Source: Herbaspirillum sp. (GTDB taxonomy: Bacteria; Pseudomonadota; Gammaproteobacteria; Burkholderiales; Burkholderiaceae_D). From it: a DNA stretch of 64,000 nucleotides. The stretch's first letter is position 1, and every line of letters begins with the position of its first letter. The notes under the pieces are model-generated. The model had not been told where the DNA came from and searched no databases. It was given only the letters and a program-made list of their open reading frames with translations. Below are positions 58,601 through 64,000 of the stretch, in pieces. The translations under genes were made by a program, and so were the position numbers. Where the stretch lies: the NCBI GenBank assembly GCA_036500325.1, contig DASYCG010000116.1, forward strand, positions 12,308 through 76,307, in the 5' to 3' direction.

Positions 58601-61600
58601 AACGTCAAAAATCTGGGCGGGAGAATCAGCGCAGCGGATGTGTTGTTACAGGCCGTGAATGACATCGATATCCTTGGCGGTGCAATTGACGCTGTCGACA
58701 AATTGGATGTTGCCGCCGGTCGCGATTTAAATATTGTCTCTACCACGCATACCAGTCATAGCGCACAAGGCAGTCGAACCAATATCGATGGTGTTGCTTC
58801 GCTGAGTGTTGCCAATTCAGGCGCTGCGTTGATTGCGACGGCTGGGCGCGATGTCAATATGAAGGCGGGTCAGGTTATAAATAGCGGGACAGGCGGTAAT
58901 ACATCGATTGCCGCGGGTCGGGATTTGAATCTGGGAACCGTCACTGAAAGTAATGCGCAATCGATTAGCTGGAGCGCTAATAATGACCGTAAAGAATCTG
59001 CAAGCCGCGATTTCGGCAGCATGATTGCCGCAACGGGCGATGTAAGTCTGTTGGCCGGCAGAGACGTCAATGCGAAGGCGGCGGAGGTCGTTAGCGAATT
59101 GGGGGCAATCTCTGCCGCGGCAGGTAACGACATCAACCTCGGTGCAGGTAAATCCAGCGTAAGCGTCGATGAACACCATCAAAGTGAAGGCAGCAGTGGC
59201 TGGTTTTCGAATAAAACGACCAAGACGCGCGATCAAGTCGAACAGACGGAGGCATTAGGCAGCACGTTCTCCGGAAATTCGGTATCGCTGTTGGCTGGTA
59301 ACGATATTAACGTGAGCGGCAGTAATGTCGTTTCGACTGCGGATCTGGCGCTGGTTGCAAATCACGATATAAATATTGCCGCTGCTGCCAATACCAATGA
59401 CGAAACACATTTGCGCGATGAGCAGACAAGCGGACTTTCCAGTGGCGGGGGTGTCGGCATCAGTATCGGTACCCAGGAGCAAAAAAATACCGACCGGCAG
59501 ACCGGCATTAATTCCAGCGCTTCAAGTATCGGCAGCACGAACGGTAATGTCACCGTTGTGACCGGTAGTGATTATCGGCAAACCGGCAGTCAGTTGCTGA
59601 CGCCTGAGGGCGATATCAATATCACGGCAAAGAGGGTTGATATCGTTGCTGCCACAGATGTTGAGTTCGACACACAAGACACTGAATTCAAGAAAAGCGG
59701 TTTCTCGATTTCAATCACGAATCCGATTCTCGCTGCTGCGCAATCGGTCAGACAGATGAAAACGGCGTCCACCAAAACCAAGGACAGCCGCATGCAAGGA
59801 TTAGCTGGTTCGGCCGCCGCATTGACCGTTGCCAATACGGCAGATGCCGTAACGGCAAGCGCAGCTCCCGCGGGCGGTATCGATTTGGCCGTCAGTATCG
59901 GCGGCAGTAAAAATGAGACGCACAGCGAGCAGCGAGGAGCATCGGCACAGGGGTCACGCGTTGCCGCCGGCGGCAATATCACGATTACGGCCAGCGGAGC
60001 AGGGGAGCATAGCGACCTGACTATACAAGGCAGCGACATCGCTGCAGGTAAAAATATCAATCTCAAAGCAGATGATGAAATCAATATATTGGCTGCAAAA
60101 AACACCAATGAACAACATAGCAGCAATAAGGGTATCTCCGGCTCGATCGGATTTTCAGTCGGCACCAGCGGCTACATGGTCAACGCCAGTGCGTCGGGGA
60201 GCCGCGGTCATGGCGATGGGACCGATTTGAGTTACAGCAATGCCCATGTCGATGCAGGAAAAAAACTGACGATAACGTCTGGTACCGACACCAACATCAT
60301 CGGCGGCGTAGCAAGCGGCAAGCAAGTCAATATGGAAGTCGGCACCAGCGGTGCGGGAAACCTGAACGTCGTCAGCCTGCAAGACAGCAGCGACTATAAA
60401 AGCATTCAGCAAAGTCTTGGGGGCAGCGTTTCTGTCGGTGTCGGAAAAATGAGCGGCAGCATCAGCGCCAGCCAAAGTAAAGTCAACGGTAAATACATTA
60501 GCGTCAACGAGCAATCGGGAATCGTCGCAGGTAACGGCGGCTTCGATATCAAGGTTCACGGCAATACACATTTGGAAGGAAGCAAAATCGCCAGCACCGA
60601 CCTGGCTGCGAAAAAGGGTAAAAACAGTTTAAGTACGGAGACCCTGACCCAGGGTGATATCGCGAATCACAGCGATTACAAAGCAAGCAGTTTTAGTCTT
60701 AGTGTGGGTGGCGGTTACAGCAGCGCAGGGAGTGCGATGAACGGCGGGGGTATCGGTTTTGGCAATGCAGACGGCAGTGACGACAGCACGACCAAGACCG
60801 GCATCAGCAAGGCCAATATCGTGATTACGGACAAGGCCGGGCAGCAAGCCAGAACAGGACAAACGGTAGAGCAGGCCATTGCCGCAATTGATACCAACGT
60901 CAGCAGTGTCAAGGACACGAGCGGGAAGTTGACCAAGGGCTGGGATGGCCAGCAGTTGCAGGAAGAAGTAGACGCGCAGGCGCAGATTACGGCGGCGTTC
61001 GGCAAGGAAAGCAGCAAAAACATCGGCACCTATGCGACGAACAAGGAAAATGATTTAAGGCGGCAAGCGAGTATTGCCGAGAAAAGCGATCCGGCGCTGG
61101 CGCGGCAATTGAATGATGAAGCGGACATGTGGGCTGAAGGCGGTAATTACCGCATTGCGCTTCACACTGCGGCCGGCGCGATGACGGGCGGCATCAACGG
61201 TGCGGCAGGCGCGATGGCTTCGGCAGAGGCAATGCCTCAAATTGCCAAGGTGATAGACGGGATGGATTTGCCGAACGCGGTCAAACAGGGCTTGGCGCAA
61301 GTGACAGCCACGGCGATTGGCGCTGTGGTTGGGGGTGTTACGGATATGGCGACTTCGTTGAATGTTGAGGCGAATAATCGGCAATTGCATACTAGCGAAA
61401 CAGAAATGCTCAAGAAAAATGCTGTGCGCTTTGCAGAAGAACTTTACGGAACCAAAGCGCCAAGCGATGAGCAAATATCAGGTGCTTTGTCACTCTTGTC
61501 AAATACAGCACAACATTTATTGGATAATAACATCGGATACACGGTGCCTTATTCGGAGAAGGCAAGGGTATTCTTACAAACGCTGCAAATGGAATATGCG

Positions 61601-62257
61601 TCAATCAGTCCTAATTTATCGATTGGCGACGGACAGTATTTGTTTTATGCGACTGCAGATCAGAAAAGCGACGCAAGTCTCAATTCAGGTACTTTGGATA
61701 AAGAGATTGCCGCCATCATTGTGAAAACACCGATTAAATCTATCGATATCCCAAAAACGATCGATCACAAGCGAGATCGTAGAACCAACTTGCCACTGGA
61801 TGATCAAGGCCGGTATAGCGAACGAGCCTATGTCAATGGTGATATGTATCAGCCTAAATATTTTCCATGCGCCGATATTCGATGCCAAGATCACAATCTT
61901 GATATGGCGGACCCGGGTACGCAAGCCTATGTAAAAGCTGTTGATTTAAACATCGTCAAGAATATTGGTAACGTCACTGACGCCGCGATCATATTGAACC
62001 CGATGGGTGCAGTTGGGATAACTGGCGGAGCGGTTGGGTCTGCGGTCGCGTTAGCTTATGGCGTACATAGTGATTCCGTTGGCGAAGCCGTTGCGGTGGA
62101 GGCACTTCAATACGGGAGCATTCAATATATGAAAAAAGTTTTTAAGCTTACAGAGGCGATGGCAGTGCGGGCGGTGGCACATATTGATCTCGCGGGCGGT
62201 TGGGACGCTTTTGTCGAACGAACTCACAATTATTTAAGCGGAGATGAAAGAAAATGA
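55658..62257 (+). CDS. TpsA filamentous haemagglutinin-like exoprotein, probable CdiA toxin
   Basis: ESPR signal (MNRRCYRIVFN), TPS domain NPSGVTCDGCGFIN, FHA repeats, LSSDY..KRLGDGFYEQ region, NVEANNRQLH pre-toxin motif at 61361 followed by a lower-GC C-terminus. Confidence 0.9.
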   Translation: MNRRCYRIVFNEKRGTMMVVAEKHGMGKGAARNASASIQKDVDVPEPSMRLSAIALAILTITGALFLLPSTANAQIVADPTAPGNQQPTIINTANGLPQVNIQTPSAGGVSRNTYSQFDVQQQGAILNNSRTDVQTQLGGWIQGNSNLANGGARVILNEINSSNPSYLSGYVEVAGGRAQVIIANPSGVTCDGCGFINANRATLTTGEAIVTNGNLDGYRVSRGMVTVQGEGLNARDTDYTDIIARAAQINAGIWGRTLKVTAGANQVDAANNIVQAMPIFAQDTAPSFGIDVAQLGGMYANKIILIGTEAGVGVRNAGEIGAAAGDVIVRSDGQLINSNSIQATGDIHLAATNSIDNSAGAISAGRSLQISDQAVAKSLQIKNTDGTLFAGDQLDIAATGLTGDGNILSDGDLKLKMADGFINTGVVQADGLLDIETGDVLVNRGQLRAGDTADLHAMNIDNRSDGTITAKQLNLNAADKLGNRGLIDAEETFINASNVDNLGTGRIYGDHIAIRAEALRNEAESVDGIMTAATIAARDRLDIAAETVANREHATLFSLGDMAIGGSLDADHRAMGQAGTLGNNSATIEATGALDLAAKLINNTNEHFDTEEVEVSRRQITEYQLAGSPNRYRPDEIRIDHGEVDYLMTPTGRDYKFHRYDYTRATSETNIKESDPAKILAGGAMHIAADKLFNDKSMVMAGGALIGDINELVNTEAAGRRVINDSGTASYFYDIEKRGRDQQGLVVADYQPAAFVQKISLTPTIYAQNTKGAGSGTKIATRDTAGMDTAILLPDNSMFAINANPGFNYLIQSDPNFTDHRIWLSSDYLLQQMGADPVSVQKRLGDGFYEQKLIREQIGELTGRRFLDGYADDEAQYRALLDNGATYAKKLNLRVGVALSAEQMSELTSDVVLLIEKDVTLPNGEINKVLVPQLYAKVREGDINGAGALLSGDTVDLEIQGDVVNSGTITGRTHLALDADNVKNLGGRISAADVLLQAVNDIDILGGAIDAVDKLDVAAGRDLNIVSTTHTSHSAQGSRTNIDGVASLSVANSGAALIATAGRDVNMKAGQVINSGTGGNTSIAAGRDLNLGTVTESNAQSISWSANNDRKESASRDFGSMIAATGDVSLLAGRDVNAKAAEVVSELGAISAAAGNDINLGAGKSSVSVDEHHQSEGSSGWFSNKTTKTRDQVEQTEALGSTFSGNSVSLLAGNDINVSGSNVVSTADLALVANHDINIAAAANTNDETHLRDEQTSGLSSGGGVGISIGTQEQKNTDRQTGINSSASSIGSTNGNVTVVTGSDYRQTGSQLLTPEGDINITAKRVDIVAATDVEFDTQDTEFKKSGFSISITNPILAAAQSVRQMKTASTKTKDSRMQGLAGSAAALTVANTADAVTASAAPAGGIDLAVSIGGSKNETHSEQRGASAQGSRVAAGGNITITASGAGEHSDLTIQGSDIAAGKNINLKADDEINILAAKNTNEQHSSNKGISGSIGFSVGTSGYMVNASASGSRGHGDGTDLSYSNAHVDAGKKLTITSGTDTNIIGGVASGKQVNMEVGTSGAGNLNVVSLQDSSDYKSIQQSLGGSVSVGVGKMSGSISASQSKVNGKYISVNEQSGIVAGNGGFDIKVHGNTHLEGSKIASTDLAAKKGKNSLSTETLTQGDIANHSDYKASSFSLSVGGGYSSAGSAMNGGGIGFGNADGSDDSTTKTGISKANIVITDKAGQQARTGQTVEQAIAAIDTNVSSVKDTSGKLTKGWDGQQLQEEVDAQAQITAAFGKESSKNIGTYATNKENDLRRQASIAEKSDPALARQLNDEADMWAEGGNYRIALHTAAGAMTGGINGAAGAMASAEAMPQIAKVIDGMDLPNAVKQGLAQVTATAIGAVVGGVTDMATSLNVEANNRQLHTSETEMLKKNAVRFAEELYGTKAPSDEQISGALSLLSNTAQHLLDNNIGYTVPYSEKARVFLQTLQMEYASISPNLSIGDGQYLFYATADQKSDASLNSGTLDKEIAAIIVKTPIKSIDIPKTIDHKRDRRTNLPLDDQGRYSERAYVNGDMYQPKYFPCADIRCQDHNLDMADPGTQAYVKAVDLNIVKNIGNVTDAAIILNPMGAVGITGGAVGSAVALAYGVHSDSVGEAVAVEALQYGSIQYMKKVFKLTEAMAVRAVAHIDLAGGWDAFVERTHNYLSGDERK

Positions 62258-62523
62258 CTACTACCTATAAATGGATAGCTCTTTTGGTGTTGCTAAGCGG
62301 AGCGTCGATAAATATGTATATAAAAGACTTTAATAAGGCGGATGGCATTTTTTTTATTTTTGGACACGCCTGGATTCTCTATAATTTTTATGCCTGCTTT
62401 TTTGGAAAAGAACTCCTGGGACCGCCAGGTATTGATATTGCTCCAGAAGAAAGTCGAAAATATTTAAGGTTGATTTTTGTTGTATTAGTAGTAGGCGGAG
62501 CTTACATAGCTTCATTTTTTTGA
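62254..62523 (+). CDS. Putative CdiI immunity protein, integral membrane (about 3 TM)
   Basis: ATGA overlap with cdiA stop; 89 aa, three hydrophobic segments, AT-rich (22/60 GC at 62281-62340). Confidence 0.7.
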   Translation: MTTTYKWIALLVLLSGASINMYIKDFNKADGIFFIFGHAWILYNFYACFFGKELLGPPGIDIAPEESRKYLRLIFVVLVVGGAYIASFF

Positions 62524-62538
62524 AGGTAAATTTTCTCC

Positions 62539-62964
62539 ATGCAGTTTCTAGAACAAGCGAACAAAAAGACATTGATCGCTATCGTAATAGTTGTAATTTT
62601 CCTTGGCATCGTTAATGATCGGATGGGTTATGTTCGGGATATCTGCAAAGAGACGACTTTTTCTGAGTTTGTCAAAAATTTATGGACTTCTGAAGGGCAG
62701 GTAACAGGTCAAGCTACTTGGAGCGTAAAAAGAGGAGGTGCTGGTTTTAGCGGAAATTTATGAGTCGGTACTGGAGCAAAGCCTATTGTTACGCAAACAA
62801 TTAGCCATTTACTTAAAGAGGGTTGGACCGTGAATTATCATACCGATAAACTCTGGTCTATTCAGGGGCCGCGTTTTCGTTTGGATATCGATATCCCATG
62901 TGAGTCATGCGGAAACGCCGGCTTCGATATTTCATCTCGATTTCTTGCCCAATGTCCAATGTAA
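62539..62964 (+). pseudogene. Membrane-anchored orphan gene interrupted by an in-frame TGA at 62761-62763
   Basis: 74 codons, TGA, then 66 further sense codons in the same frame to TAA at 62962-62964. Confidence 0.55.
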
Positions 62965-63169
62965 AAAAAGTACCCGCGCATTCTCGCTCGGTCGAAAACC
63001 ACCAAGCCTTTATATCGACCCACCCCACAAATCCCATTCCCTTATTCCCCACCACCAACAATTCATATCCATTTTCCGCATATCAACCCTCGAAACAATT
63101 CGTTCTATTTTTAAAGCGACCTAATTAATCTGTCCTCTCCAGAATAAAGAAAACCGAGAGGGAATACAG

Positions 63170-64000
63170 ATGTTGCTGAAGAAAATCATTCAAGCCGTAG
63201 TCGCCATCGCGATGATCGCACCTACCGTCCATGCGGCAGATATCTCGCTGCTGAACGTTTCCTACGACCCAACCCGCGAGCTTTACCAGGACTACAACAA
63301 GGCCTTCGCCAAGTACTGGAAAGACAAGACCGGCGACAACGTCACAATCAAAAACTCCCACGGCGGCTCCGGCACGCAAGCCCGTTCCGTGATCGACGGC
63401 CTGGATGCAGACGTCGTAACACTGGCATTGGCCTATGACATCGACGCCATCGCCGACAAAGCCAAATTGCTGCCGGCCGATTGGCAAAAACGCCTGCCGC
63501 ATAACAGCACGCCTTACACCTCGACCTACGTCTTCCTGGTCCGCAAAGGCAATCCAAAGGGCATCAAGAATTGGGACGATCTGGTGAAGCCGGGCGTATC
63601 GGTCATCACAGCCAATCCAAAAACCTCCGGCGGCGCACGGTGGGGCTATCTGGCGGTATGGGGCTACGAGCTGAAACAGACTAACGGCGATCAAGCCAAA
63701 GCCAAACAGTTCGTGCAGGAAGTCTACAAACACGTACCGGTACTCGATTCCGGAGCGCGCGGCGCAACGGTGACGTTCGCTGAACGCGGTATCGGCGATG
63801 TCCTGCTGGCCTGGGAAAACGAAGCGTATCTGTCGCTGAAGGAATTCGGCCCCGATAAATTCGATGTCGTCTATCCAACGATCAGCATCCTGGCCGAGCC
63901 GCCGGTTGCCGTAGTCGATAAAGTGGTCGACAAGCGCGGCACACGCAAGGTAGCGCAAGCGTATCTGGATTATCTGTACACACCGGAAGGCCAGGAAATC
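63170..64000 (+). CDS. sbp: Sulfate ABC transporter substrate-binding protein, 3'-truncated (absent from ORF track)
   Basis: Read by hand: [69 protein letters not shown]; RBS GAGAGG. Confidence 0.93.
   Translation, partial: MLLKKIIQAVVAIAMIAPTVHAADISLLNVSYDPTRELYQDYNKAFAKYWKDKTGDNVTIKNSHGGSGTQARSVIDGLDADVVTLALAYDIDAIADKAKLLPADWQKRLPHNSTPYTSTYVFLVRKGNPKGIKNWDDLVKPGVSVITANPKTSGGARWGYLAVWGYELKQTNGDQAKAKQFVQEVYKHVPVLDSGARGATVTFAERGIGDVLLAWENEAYLSLKEFGPDKFDVVYPTISILAEPPVAVVDKVVDKRGTRKVAQAYLDYLYTPEGQEI

Noticed and set aside
62858-63128. Small ORFs on both strands upstream of sbp
   Set aside because: Low-complexity C/A-skewed spacer with no clear RBS or motifs
63125-63958. 277-aa minus-strand ORF at the window end
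   Set aside because: Antisense shadow of sbp, which the ORF track omits because its stop is outside the window

Overview
GC-rich betaproteobacterial chromosome segment; gene content and order suggest Burkholderiales, probably Oxalobacteraceae (inference). About 54 kb is core or conserved: ABC-F ATPase, nadA/nadB, purT, MscS, an MHS transporter, ygfZ-DUF4936-NRDE, mltG-tmk-holB, tig-clpP-clpX-lon-hupB-tRNA-Val-tRNA-Asp, ppsR/ppsA, nfeD-SPFH, tatD-ankyrin-2OG oxygenase, FKBP, an uncharacterised beta-propeller/deacetylase/desaturase/EI24/CinA-like operon, DUF349, pbpG, an IclR regulator and alpha-2-macroglobulin-pbpC. A two-partner-secretion/contact-dependent-inhibition locus follows (cdiB-cdiA-cdiI-like, about 53.9-63.0 kb), then the start of sbp. 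Most notable: (1) two divergent paralogous small secreted two-cysteine proteins flanking a thioesterase/GNAT pair; (2) two fully foldable palindromic MITE-like elements with shared IS5-like 16-bp ends but different interiors; (3) a CdiA toxin tip that looks membrane-active, with an integral-membrane immunity candidate and a downstream orphan gene interrupted by one in-frame TGA; (4) mirror-image G/C strand skew on the two flanks of the CDI locus; (5) a tRNA-like structured stretch upstream of tig. No CRISPR array, integrase or transposase was seen. All family calls come from motif recognition by eye, not database searches.
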